In this document: piece by piece, positions 39,440 to 51,615 of the stretch
Layout of the letters: each line of letters starts with the position of its first letter
Position numbering within the stretch: position 1 is the first letter of the stretch
Source: Vicugna vicugna
Taxonomy: Eukaryota
Direction of reading: 5' to 3'
NCBI GenBank assembly: GCA_013265495.1
Contig: MU058654.1
Span: 310,001 to 374,000 of the forward strand
Length of the DNA: 64,000 bases
Notes under the pieces: model-generated
What the model saw: only the letters and a program-made list of their open reading frames with translations
What the model was told of the DNA's origin: nothing
Databases searched by the model: none
Position numbers and translations under genes: made by a program

Positions 39440-40060
39440 CTTCACAGTGTGGCTGTGAGGATGACATTAAGTGTCACCAGCAGATTTCTTAGCACCAATC
39501 CTAGCGCGTGACAGTAGATGGCGGTAGCCTGTATCATTAGGGAATCTGTGCAGCCTTTGGGTAAAGCAACAAGGGGCTTTGACACAAGCGTGAGATGGAA
39601 CCCAGGCCCTGTATCCCCACCACCTTCTCCTTAAGCAAGTGGCCTCATCCCCTTAAGCCTCAGTTTCTTCATCTGTAAAATGACCACGTTGTCTATCTCA
39701 CGGGGCCCTTGGGACATCACGCCCCTCCCTGGCTTCTTAAGATGGGTGTGATTGCCTAGGCAAAGGGGCGTCTTACACTGCAGATGAGATGCCCATTCTG
39801 AGGCTGGTGTCCTATATTTGAGGCCTGGAGGGAGTTGTGAGGGAGGATGTCAGATTTTCTGGGCCCCAAGAAAACCTTGACCTGTGCTGGACAAAGGAGG
39901 AGGAGGTTCTGACGCCTGGAATACTGATGGCACTTGGAGCAGAGCATGAGCTGGGGATCTGGGGGCCTCGGGCAAGTCACTACACCCTCTGGGCCCCAGC
40001 TCCTTACCCTTTAAAGAAAGGAGAAAACATGGTTATGTCTCAGGGCTCCAGTATCCTGTG
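39440..40060 (+). mobile_element. Cluster of three MIR fragments (about 39440-39540, 39560-39720, 39930-40060)
   Basis: aagcctcagtttcttcatctgtaaaatg core at about 39655-39682; gggcaagtcactacaccctctgggccccag at about 39970. Confidence 0.7.
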
Positions 40061-40942
40061 AGTTTTGTTAATTGTTCCTTGTCTTTTATTGGAGTTTACA
40101 TTAGTAAAATGTGAACACAGGGCAATTTTATTCTGTGCACTTGGTCAGAATGATCTGTATTCCACAGCCTCGGTCCCTCACAGCAAGGTTGATGTGTGTC
40201 TGGATTGCGACAACCAAGTGTTTTATATTTTATAAAAGCCAAATTAACGATGAAAACTCACTAATGCTACTGTTCCTTTTTTCAATTCAAAGAAAATTGG
40301 ATTCTCCACGTGTGTCAAAGTCGGTAGCTCACTGCCGTTAGGAAGGAGGGGGTTATTTGGAACCCAGAGAAAGTGTTATATTCTGGGGAAATTTCTAATA
40401 GAAGAGACCAGAAGACCACATTTCCAAAGCACGTATATAATGCACCTAGGCCAGCTTCCTCAGGCTGTAGTCTTCCTTGAAGAGCGCTGCTAAATCCAGG
40501 AAAGGCTACCTGAGCTCCCACTCTGAGGAGCCCAGCCACAGGAGAAAGTCGCTCCTGACAGCATGCACTCTGCAGTCCAAACAGGCATCCCCCACTCAGG
40601 CCAGCATCCCCTTCTGCAAAGTTGTTTCAACTAAGCACACAGTTACTTTCCTTGATGACGTGTACCCAAGACCTCCATCACGGTAGGAAGAAACTCCCCG
40701 AGCTTTGACTGAAACTCCTCAACCTATGAGAAGTGGAGAGGGAGGTGTGAGGGGGGAGGTATAAAAAGTGAGCCCCCCACCACCAAATCCAAGCCCAACC
40801 AAATCCACAGGGAAATAATCTTTCACTGGCGTGAGTGAAATCAGATCCTCCCCGAAAGAAAATACAGTCTACCAGGAAAGAAAAAAAATGGTAGCTTATG
40901 AAATAAACTGAACCATACTGTGTGTTCTCTCTCTTTCTCAAG

Positions 40943-41010
40943 AGATAGATAGATAGATAGATGGATACTAGATGAGAGAGAGACAGATGGATAGACAGAC
41001 ACAGACGACA
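40943..41010. repeat. (GATA)n / (GACA)n compound microsatellite
   Basis: Direct reading. Confidence 0.85.
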
Positions 41011-41019
41011 GGTTGAGCA

Positions 41020-41290
41020 ATCTAATTCTTGAAGAGTAGGGACAAACATTTAAGTGGTTCCTATCTTTAGGTAGTGGAATTACAAGTCACTTCCCATTCG
41101 TTCAATGTGCCAATGAGCAGTCTTCTCGTTGTTGGGACTCAGTGGTAAGCACAAGAGCAATTACCCTGACCTCCAGGGAGCTTGCAGACTGGTGGGCAAT
41201 TTGATTGAACTAAAGATTTTACTTGGTTTTTTGCATTTTTAAATTTTCTACAATGTACACGTGTTATTTTATGATCAGCGAAATGTATTA
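41020..41290 (+). mobile_element. L1ME-type 3' end interrupted by an antisense L2 fragment (about 41095-41198)
   Basis: aagtggttcctatctttaggtagtggaattac ... ttttctacaatgtacacgtgttattttatgatcag flank cattcgttcaa...ccctgacctccagggagcttgcagactggtggg. Confidence 0.6.
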
Positions 41291-41389
41291 GTTCAGAAAG
41301 ATAAGAGTGCAGCCTCGCTGCCTGTAATGCTTTGTTTTTGCTTTCTCTGTGGCTGCTTTCCCCCCTTTCCAGCCTTCATTTACAAAACC

Positions 41390-41870
41390 AGAGCTTCGAG
41401 TTAACAAGATCGCAATTCAAATTCCTGCCCTGCCCCTGGGCATGTTACTTGATCTCTGAGCCGTAATGTGCTCATTTCAGGGGGGTGTCTGTTGTCCCAC
41501 GTAGGACTGTGGTGTGGAAGTGACTTCCACAGAGGCCACACAGAGACCTGAGCACAAGGAGAGGGCTCAGCGATTGTCAGGGTCGTGCTTCCAAGAAGCC
41601 CGGGCTTTGCAGAGGGCAGATGTGGCTGTTCTCCAGCTGTTGATGAGACGGTCATGTGTGGGGAAAGAAGAGCAACTGAAATGAGGAAGACCTTGGTTTT
41701 CATTTCCGCTCTGCCTATTTCAAGCTGCAGGGTCCTCGGCAAGGTTCCTGACCTCCCCCAGCTGATTTCCTCATCCATCAAGGTGGGAAAATGGAAATAC
41801 CTTTCTACACTACTGTTAAGAAGATCACATGAGATGCCGCACATGCTTTGAGAAATACATGGTCAACTGC
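41390..41870 (+). mobile_element. Two MIR fragments (about 41390-41530, 41680-41870)
   Basis: ctgggcatgttacttgatctctgagcc; cctcggcaaggttcctgacctccc...tttcctcatc. Confidence 0.65.
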
Positions 41871-42169
41871 ACGGTCAACTGCTTTGCAACCGCATTTTCT
41901 GCCAAACCAGAGCTCCTGCTCTCTTGCAAGATTCTGGAAGGGGAAGACAGAGGAGGACCTGAGTTAGCCACACACTCTTGCCTCATCCAGATCCTGGGGG
42001 TGATTGAACTCTTCCTGGTGATTTAGCCTTCTGATATTACTGTTCTTCTCTAAGGGATTTGAAATCATAGGAAATTTTCATAGCACACCATCAAATACCT
42101 TTCTCAAGAGAATATTTTTAGGTCAAGTTTATCTATTAAGCTCAGGTCAGCCTGTCCAAATAGCTCCTT

Positions 42170-42722
42170 GATAGTCACATCCAAAACACATCTCATCTTC
42201 TCCATTTCACCAGGCTTAAGCCTACCTAGCCCATCTCACCAAATGGTACCATCCACCCTTCAGCAGTTGCCTTGGACAAAATAGGATCTCCTTACAACGT
42301 CTCCTCTTGCTCACTCATCAATCTTTCCCAAGTCCCGTAGTCTGTCTCCTTTTGCCCTAACCCCATTCTTCTCCCTTCTCTGTGCTTCCTCCGATGCTCT
42401 CTCGTATCCGTGGGCTTTGGCCAAGGTTGTTCCTTCTGCCTGAGCTCACTTTCCCCTTCCTTGGCTGAACTCCGGAGCTCAAATTTCAACTGAGCTCAAG
42501 TTTGTAGAGTGTCTCCCCTTCCGGGAAATGCTTTCAGATCTGTGCCTCTGGTTTTATTTTGCAGTGTGCCTGACACCTGTGTTCACCACTCCCAACTCGG
42601 GATCTCCTCCAGGATGGGAACCACGTCTTGCTGTATGTTATAGTCCTGGTACCCGGCACCACGTTTGCCCCATTAAGAAGCCAGTGCTTCACAAATGTCT
42701 GTTAAACAAAAAAGTGAGTGAA
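42170..42722 (+). mobile_element. L2 3' region
   Basis: catctcaccaaatggtaccatccaccc...gttccttctgcctg...gtgcttcacaaatgtctgttaaacaaaaaagtgagtgaa. Confidence 0.7.
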
Positions 42723-43489
42723 CAGTGGCAAGGGCATGTCTGCTATGGGGTTGGCTCCTCTTTGTTTCCCCTCTGATTTTACTGCTCCGAGAACTTGTCC
42801 TTCCTGTAGCCAGAAGGGAGTCCCTTCTTGTCCAGTGCTTCACTGGGCTCTTCTCAGCTGTTCTAGGGATGACATTTAGTTCCAAATGGAAGACGGTTAA
42901 AAAAAAAAAAAAAGGCAATTTGGATCCTGGAAAACATCAGTTGACAACGTACAATGGAAGTTTATAACCGCATTGAGGTGCTATTTGGTTGAAAGGACTT
43001 GGAAAAGAAATGAGAAAACAAAGGCACCAAATGAGGTGTGGTGTGAGGGGAGGCATGTCACTGCTGAGGAAGATGGCTGGGGGGCAGAACGCAGAAAGCA
43101 GCGCAGCGGCGGCTCCCAGCGGAGGCCCCTGCTGACCTGGGAGAGGAGACTTGGTCTTAAATCAAAAAGACATCCTGATGAGATGGGGTAAGCTGAACAG
43201 ATGCGGGAAGGTTGATCAGGGAAAAAATAAAATGGGATTCATCCAGGATGAGGAAGATGGAGAGGAGGAACCAGGAGCCAGAAAGGCCAGCGGGAGGCAA
43301 TGCGTTCAGGGCAGCTCTGCCGAAGGAATGCAGGGCTCTCTCCTGCACGAAGCAAGCACAGAGCTCCTTAATTTGAGGGATGATCTGATCTACTATTAAA
43401 AAAAAAAAAAGACACATACCTAGAGAGGTCCTTCCCTTCTCCTGCAAAGCAATGTTACTAGTTGTTTTCCTTCCTCATATAAACAAAAA

Positions 43490-43710
43490 GACCTCAGAGA
43501 GTCTGAGATCAAGGCGGGTTTGAACCCCAGCTCCACCGCTTGCCAGCTGGGGCTCTTGGGCAAGTCTTTGGTCTCTCTGGCCTCAGTTTCCTCATCTGTG
43601 AAATGGCACGTCCAGCTCACCGCCCAGATAACGCAGGTGGTGAGAAGGTGAGCCCAGTTTCTAGACTGAACTAAAAGTGTGCATAAAAACTGTACAAGTG
43701 CATTAAAAAG
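43490..43710 (+). mobile_element. MIR SINE
   Basis: gggtttgaaccccagctccaccgcttgccagctggggctcttgggcaagtc...gcctcagtttcctcatctgtgaaatgg. Confidence 0.85.
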
Positions 43711-45034
43711 ACAAATGGATATTCAGGATTTTGGCAAAAAAAAAATCTCCGAGCATTATGAAAACCAGTATTTCTCTAAAGGCATGATAGAGAAAGAGCA
43801 AGAAAAATAAGGAGGGTGCAAGGGAATGATGGGACAGCTGAGGTCTGGGGCTGGAGATGGGTGGGACGGCTCTGCTATTCCAAAGACTTTTGACCCAGGC
43901 CCTCAGGCTCTAGGAAACCGGTCCAGCTGTGGTCAGCAGAATAAGGCATTCCCAACCAACTTGGTATCAGCCTGCTGCACCGTGAAACTGGGGCCCCCAC
44001 GTCAACAGCAACCCCAGTGAACAACGCCAGAAGGGTCGATATACCGAGCAGATTTGAGTGGCCTTCAAGGCCACCCTGGTGCTGTTGCATGTCGCTCTGA
44101 GCCCACCCTGAAGCAACGCCTGGTGAAGAGGTTGGGGACTTGAAATGACTTCTTTCTAGTCCCAAACCTCTCCTCTTTTCAGTCTCTTCTTTCTTACAAA
44201 CCCAGGTCCTGCCCTGGTGGCTCATGAACCACCCCGTGGCACTTCTCACCTAAACAGAGACTTTAACCCAAAGGTCTGGGCTCTGTTTCAATCCAGGTAA
44301 TTGCATTCTGCTTACCGATGTCATTTCTTGCAAAGACGGTCATTACAGCCACTTGGACTCCCCTCCCCCCCATCTCGTCCCACCTGGAAGGAAAGGTGAG
44401 TGTTCTCCCCGGGGTCTTGGCCAGATGCCAGTTCTGATCTCCCCCCCACTCAGCAGACAAGAGCTTTTCCAGGAGACTGGGCAGGGGGGCCCGCTTCACG
44501 TTTCCTAGGTCACAGGTTCAAATCCCGTTGAAGAGCCGCTTTCAATAAGACTTTTGTTAACGTTCAAGGGGTGAGAAATGGTCCTGGGAGCACTTGCCTC
44601 ACTTTGCTTTCTTTGCCTCAATAACTCTCCTACAGGGAGAGGTAACAAGAAGGCTATCTTTCATTTCCCTCCTTCTGACCGGAGACCAGTGCCCAGAGCT
44701 GAGGTGGCCCCTCTACCATCCCATAAGGCGTCTGCAGTGGATCTGTAGTGGAATCACTCTCTCAGCCTGGGGAAAAAAAAAAAAAGACCTTCATTTCCTA
44801 TTCAGACTTCTGATTTATGCAACAATATAAATTACTATGATTCAATACAGTGAAGGTGTACAAGTACATTAAATTCAGGTGCTCAGTATGAAATCATATA
44901 AAATGTCCGATCAACACGTTTTTGGACGTGGTGGCTGATGCTTACATAATGGTCATCACATGTGTGCCTTTACCTGCCTGCGTACAGAGGGAGAAAAACG
45001 CAGCCCAAAGTGATCACACGGCGCGGGATGAACA

Positions 45035-45232
45035 CACCAATCACTTCTCATGTGCTGGCCGCGGGGCTAGGCTCCCTACACAGAGCATCCCATCTGCTCT
45101 TCACGACAACTCTTTACAGTCATCGCTAATATCATCCCCGTGAGAGAGACAAGCATGCTGCCCGGGGGCACACAGCTGGAAAACAGGGACACCTGGGGTC
45201 AGAAGCTGGGCTCCTGAACACTATATGCTATT
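45035..45232 (-). mobile_element. MIR SINE
   Basis: tcttcacgacaactct...tatcatcccc...gcccgggggcacacagctggaaa. Confidence 0.55.
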
Positions 45233-46011
45233 CCTTCTAAAATACAGAGCCATAATATAGCAACCTCTGAGAGACGAGCCTCTTTTTTTTTTTTCCTAAT
45301 TATACTTATTTATGCTTTTCTAAGTTGTCCTCATTCTCTATAATGAAAGGATATTGTATTTCTAATCATGAAAAATGATATTTTAAAGTTTTCCCTTTTC
45401 ACATTGCCTGCATTTCAGACAAAGTAAAAAAATTATCTCAGTGCCAAGGAGGCTTTTGAATAAAGTTCTCTTCCGAGTTTCCAGGACCAGAGAAGAACGT
45501 CAGACTCGGGCAAGTCGGCAAGCTGCTCCACAGAGATGTCATCTTTTTATAAACTTGCTTTCACTCCTTCTCAAGCACCGTGAGTCCTTTCCCTCCCCCA
45601 AATAACAGGGCCTCTTGACCCACAGACCAAAGACGGCACAAGAAGTTAAGGGGCAAAAAGTCATATCGAAGTGCCCCATCCTTTCAAGCTTTGCAGGGAT
45701 GAACTTGGCCTCTTGGTACCGCCGTTGTCAGGGCTTCTGAAACTTGGCAGCATTTTAAAGGCATGAGATAATTCCCTATCTAAACGGTAAGAAATATGGA
45801 CTTGAGATCAATACAGGGTGAATTAATAGTCAACAGCGATCAAGTGCGACACAGAAAGTATGATTCATTTCTTAGAAGGGCTAAGATCGCGAACAGTTTA
45901 TTGAGAAGCGTTTGAAGATCGGGGAACTGAGCGGGGAGGAATGTTTTAATTTAATCGACAAGTGGGTTTGTGGAGGAAGCACAGACACTCGAAGGTTTAT
46001 GAAGCTTTATT

Positions 46012-46028
46012 ATCTCTCTCTTATTCTT

Positions 46029-46061
<33 letters not shown>

Positions 46062-46071
46062 TTCTTTTTTT
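46012..46071. repeat. (CT)n + poly-T pyrimidine tract
   Basis: Direct reading. Confidence 0.9.
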
Positions 46072-47439
46072 GGCTGCTGCTTCAGTAATCTTATGGCTGT
46101 ACTGCAGCTGCCTCTAAACCCCCAGGATCAGTCCCAGGTAGGCAAAACAGCCATCCTCACACTTTACTGCATAGAAATGAAGTTTCCAGCTCAGTGTATG
46201 GGACAGTCATTCATCTAATTAACAATGACTCGATAAAGTAATTGGTAGCAATGAAGTTAAGAATCCTGCATCTCACAGCACACTTGCAATTTCAGATGGG
46301 TTTTTGAATGTGATTTTTCCTGACATTTAACTTGCTGTATGTCTTTCCTCTTGCAGGGAAATACAATGTATTCATCAAGGATGCAGTTTCGTTTTCCTTG
46401 GATGCTCAGGATATGAACAAATGTGGATCACTTTAATATGAAGAGCAATGGCCCTTGGAGTCTGCCTGAAGACGCACATTGGGAGGAACGTGGCGGTCAT
46501 TTCCTTTGGTGTATTTCGCTATTAAATTTGAACGGCTGAAGGGTTGGATCTAAGTCTCAATGACACTAGATAGCGTTTTGGTAAATAAAAATTGATTTTT
46601 AAATAGTTTTAAACTGTGTTTAGCAGATACATACCACACTAAATATGTGTTTCTGTGAGGATAGAAGAAGATGGAGAGTTTACGCAAGCAGCATTTACAA
46701 ATCCCCAACAGCCTCCCCTTCCCCGCCATTTTGGCAGTTCAGTGATGGACAGCGCATGGTCTTCAGTCACAGCAAAAGTTCTCCAGCGAGGCTTTTTAGA
46801 TGATAGATTTGGAAGGGAAATGTGAAAGTCCGTGTGCCTCTCCCCAGTGAATATTCTGAGTTCAGTGCCTTTCAAATCAATGCCTAGGGGAGCCACTAAG
46901 CACAAAACTAAACTCTTATTCATTTTGATGCGTCATCCTCCAAACACTACTGAGTCATAAAATGTTTCCTCGGGGCAGCGTGTTATTTTCTAAAGGAGAA
47001 GCAGGGGTTGGAGGTTAGAGAGGGAATTCAGGACTGACTTTGAGCCTACAGAGGAAAGCACAGATGGGTCCAAGGATGTGGCCCCAAACTCTGCAGTCCC
47101 AAGAGAGTTCCAAGCCGACCCACAGTTGACTTAAGGGAAGTTGCACAGGTAGACGCCCAATAATGAACAGCAAATTGTGAAATCGCTGAGTGTTTTCCTA
47201 TCCCACTCAAAGCTTGGACTTTTCACCAAGAATCTATGGAAAGTATTGACAGTCCCCAAGAGGGTTCGTGCTGTGACAAGTCACTCAGGGTTGAAGTGTC
47301 CAGGGACCAGGACCTGAGTCCTTGCAGGGGAGCTGCTCACGCCCAGAGACTTTCCACCTGCACTCAGGTCAGGAATAAGGAAACTCTGTGTTGGGCACGG
47401 AGCTAGAAGCAGGGAGCACCGAAACACAAAAATTCTATG

Positions 47440-47550
47440 CAACATCATTTCCCATTTAAAGAGAGAGTAACTGAGCTTCAGAAAAGCTACATGTCACCAT
47501 AAAATCACTCAGCGGGTAAGTGGTGGAGACAGGATCCTAAGCCAAGCATG
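47440..47550 (-). mobile_element. MIR SINE
   Basis: cccatttaaagagagagtaactgagcttcaga...tcactcagcgggtaagtggtggagacaggat. Confidence 0.7.
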
Positions 47551-47869
47551 GCTGACCGGCGCGTCTCTTCTTCCTACTTTACCAAGCGACACGCCGTCAG
47601 TGTAAACATGGCCCTGGGCTTCACCTTGACAGTTTCTGATCTTCGTGGCTGTTTCAGTAAGAGCTTGATTATCCAAAATATTTAGGAAATGGGGCAGTCT
47701 AGTAAGTTGAAATTCTACCTTAGCAAATACGTCCAATGGGAGTCACCAGATTGTCAACCCACAATCATGACACAGCAAGTAGCTACCTCCCCATCACCAT
47801 TATGAGCCCTATTAGCGACCTGAGTTTCCCTTGATCCTAACAGTTGATACCCTTTCTTATAACTGTTGA

Positions 47870-47978
47870 TGCATCTTGCCTTCCCTATTCAATTGAAACC
47901 CAGTCCCACAGGACAGGGTCTTTCTTGTCACGTTTTATCCACAGTGCACGGCAAAGAGTAAGTCCTCAGTACACATAT
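47870..47978 (+). mobile_element. L2 3' end (terminal aatgaatgaatgaa displaced to 48461-48474)
   Basis: aggacagggtctttcttgtcac...acagtgcacggcaaagagtaagtcctcagtac. Confidence 0.6.
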
Positions 47979-47979
47979 G

Positions 47980-48460
47980 CATAGGTATCTGTGTCTGTGA
48001 ATGTATTTGTACACATGGACATGTACACATGCATGGATATTCTACATTACATACTGTAAATACTACATTTTGTAATATAGCATATGATGAAATTATACGG
48101 GCAACATATAATATATATCATATGTAATATAATATGTGACTGTGTAATATAATTCATGATACATAATATAAAACATATTTTACCTTGTAATATAAATTAT
48201 TAATAATATTAATATATTATTATATTATAATATATAATAATGATATAAATTATTATATATAAATATATGATACACTGTGTAGTATATTACAAGGTAAAAT
48301 ATATTTTATATTATGCATCACATTATATATAACATATGATATGTTTACTATATAATTTGTTATATAATACTACATTACCATATACCATAATTTATATATA
48401 CTATATTATCCATTATATACTATAGGTATATAACATACATACATATATAAAATATGATGC
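47980..48460. repeat. AT-rich low-complexity expansion with a 38-bp inverted repeat
   Basis: Arms 48157-48194 and 48283-48320 are reverse complements with 2 mismatches. Confidence 0.9.
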
Positions 48461-48659
48461 AATGAATGAATGAAAGCACCACGGAGTCTGAGGGGAAAGT
48501 GGTGGAGAGCATTATTCTGGATGTGCACTGCTCTGAGGATGTCCCAGATACAGCTGACACCCAGGGTCTGAATCCAGGCTCTGTCTCTAACCAGAGGTGT
48601 ACTTGTGGGAAAATGTCTTCGTCATCTGAGCCGAGGGGAAATGAGGGCGACTATGGTGG

Positions 48660-48850
48660 GAGCTGGCATTTATTCACACCCTCTGTCTACCAGGCACAGC
48701 GCTAAGCACTTTGCGTGCTCAAACTCAGTCAACCTCCCAATAACCCTACTAGTTAAGTACTACTATTGGCCCCATCTATAGGTGAGGAAAGTAAGGCACA
48801 GTGAGGGTAAGCAATCTGCTTAAGGTCACACAGCATTCTGGACCCACGCC
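48660..48850 (-). mobile_element. MIR SINE
   Basis: ccaggcacagcgctaagcacttt...ccccatctataggtgaggaaagtaaggcacag...aaggtcacacagc. Confidence 0.85.
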
Positions 48851-50524
48851 CTGCTTGCTTAACTTCTTCAGCAGGGACCAAATGATACAACTTGCACACC
48901 GCCCAGCGCTTACTCAGCACTTGATAAAGGCAAGCTAGCCTCCGCCTCCCACTCTTTAACGAGGGCGATCTCCGGCTAACCACATGTGCTCTGAAAATTT
49001 GACAATGTATTTATTTGCTGAATGAAGAATGGAAGAAGAAATCAGCTTGCATAGATTTTGTTTTCAAGCTATCTATAAATAATAAGTTAAGGAAAACTTG
49101 CCTTTCTTATTTAAAGGTCTAAATTTAAATTCTTTATCAAAATGATTTAAAATGCCTTTCACTGGGAAACCATAATTCAAAGACTTTATTTATTAGACTT
49201 CTTGAAAGTGTGTTTTTAATGCACGTTCTGACTTGTTGCCAAACCTCTTCTCTGAAACAGTAAAATTAGAGCCGCCCTCTCTTTAAAGAGCTATATTTAT
49301 TAGATTTTTACATATTGATACAGTACAATTTATCAAAATAAATCTGTGAATTGGCACATAAATCTTCCACACTCCCATTCTTTATATCCGAAGTCTGTAC
49401 TGTAACTTCCTCTGATACACGTTCGGAGAAGTCTCACGGTGAGGAACTTCTTTTCAGAAGAATCAGAGCTACGTCTTCAAGTGTCACTTTTCCGTGGCCA
49501 GCTTCTCTCTCTCCTCATCACTGTGGCTCCACTCGGGCCAGGGTAGCTGTGTGTGTTTTATCTGACGCTGAAAATTAAATGCAATTACCTTTTAAACTGA
49601 AACAGCTATGAACTCAGCAAAATGTGCAGAGTCTGTAAACCGAGTCCCAGGCCAATGTTTAAAACCTCTGGGGAAAATGTAGAAAGGAAAGTCACCATCT
49701 TTCACTTTTTTCATGCTGTAGCCTTAAAAAGCTTTACTGAAAGACAATTACTTCAAAGAAGAGGCCGACTGCTAAAAATTCAGTCGTCAGATGTTGACCG
49801 ATTTCAAGTAACACACATGTTGCATAAATCATTGGGGTGATTTTGAACATGAGTCTTCCTTTTCCAGAATTCTCAGCTCTCCACGGTGACAAGCAGTAGA
49901 CACCAATATGGAGAGTCAGGAAGGCTGACCGGTGTCCCATTTGATACATTGGTTACCTGTTTGACAGTAAGATATCCTAGTGAAAAATAAGGACTTGAGG
50001 CTGCTTCTCCAAGATAAAAACATTTTAGTCTTCAAAATATTGAGCATTATAAATGCAGACGATATATTTCCTCTTTTCACAAACCCGTTAAATAGTCTGT
50101 GTTGCATGGGGCTCCAACTGCACTTAACGAATGATACAAAAATTTTAAATTGACGACTTCTGTAGCCTAAATTGACCCTCTGTATTGAGGGCAAAAATGT
50201 AAAGAGTTCCTAACGCACACCCCAGACCCTTTCTAATCGGGCCCTACTGATCTCTCCAGCTGCTTCCCCTGAGCATCAGTCTTGTAACTGGCATGCCTCA
50301 TTTAGGCCCGCTCACCACCCATCTCTCTTTTCTAGCTAAAAAGCATCCTAGTTTCTACTGTTTCCAGACCCATCTGTGCACCAGAACTTTGAATATAGCC
50401 AACATTTTGTACTAACTGTAAATGGAGTACAGCCTTTAAAAATTGTATACAAAAAGAAAAGACACAAATATAATATTTTAAAAGAAGGAAGTTGATATCA
50501 TTCATTTGCCTACCATGCCTGAGG

Positions 50525-50700
50525 CACAAACATTTATTGAGCATCTACAAAATGCCAAGTACTATCTGGTGACTTTCCTGGGTTTATACTTTTAGACCCC
50601 ATAGAACCCTGTGGGACCAGTATGACCAGTATTAGAGGCATTGTGTAGAAAGGAGTTTAACCAACATGTCCACGTTTCCTCAGCTCAAAGAGGAAGACTT
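50525..50700 (-). mobile_element. MIR SINE
   Basis: aacatttattgagcatctacaaaatgccaagtact...cccatagaaccctgtg. Confidence 0.65.
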
Positions 50701-51229
50701 AACTCACGTTCTGCAAATCAAAAAAGAAAACGATCAATACTAGATTTTTATTTGGAAGTTCTATAGATGCCATTAAAATAACTATTTCCCTGAGCGGATG
50801 CTTTTTGTCATGGCAAACTGTGTCTTCCTTGAGTCTTGAGAACAATCCAGTCACTATGGAAAGCAAGCCCCAGGCCACATCCCCAAGTCCAAGTGCCAAT
50901 GTTGGAGTCAAGGAGAAAAGCCTCGATTTTGGAGCTGCCTGGGCTGAAGAGGCTCTGATGTGGAGATTATCCATTCAGACCTGGTTTGTTAGGAAGGAAG
51001 GACTCACACCAGACCGTGGACAGCGCTCTCCACACATCATCCAGCAGGCACTGTGACCTGACGAGGAATCAGGGGCTTGCTTTCCATTCTGGTGTTTCCC
51101 AGAGTTCCATAAAACACAGTACTAAGGTATCTCTTCAGCCAATTTTCTTAACAGCTAGAGTAAGCCAGGTCTACAGAAGGAAAATTTGACCTCATCCTTA
51201 AAATACAGTTTTGAAGCTAAACTGGCCAG

Positions 51230-51380
51230 TATGGTAGCCTTTAAGGTGGCCTCCAATGGTCCCCAACTTCTCATATACACACCTTGTGTGCACTCCTCCC
51301 TCAAGTGTGGGCTGGATCTAGGGACTTACTTCTAATGAACAGCACATGGCAAAGGTGATGGATGTCACTTATGAGATTGT
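51230..51380 (+). mobile_element. MLT1F-like LTR, 5' part
   Basis: aaggtggcctccaatggtcccca...agtgtgggctggatctagggacttacttctaatgaa...atggcaaaggtgatggatgtcactt. Confidence 0.75.
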
Positions 51381-51435
51381 TGGCACTCACGGGGCTATAG
51401 GCAAGACACCATCGTAAAGAGAGAGAGAGAGAGAG

Positions 51436-51615
51436 AGGACACATCTGAGATAGAAGCCACAGTCTTTTTATAACCTAACATTGGAATTTATGTCCATCAC
51501 TTCTGCCATAGACCATGTGTTAGAAGCAAACACTGTGTAGAGTCCACACTCAATAGAAAGGACATGTGCTACACTTGTTGAAGTGTCAAAGAATGTGTGG
51601 GCTTAAAAATTAACC
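51436..51615 (-). mobile_element. MLT1F1/F2-like LTR, 5' part, antisense
   Basis: gaagccacagtctttttataacctaa...ccatcacttctgccata...gttagaagc...gtccacactcaa...tcaaagaatgtgtgg. Confidence 0.7.

Noticed and set aside
44505..44530. tRNA-like B box GGTTCAAATCCC
   Set aside because: No A box or cloverleaf; isolated match.
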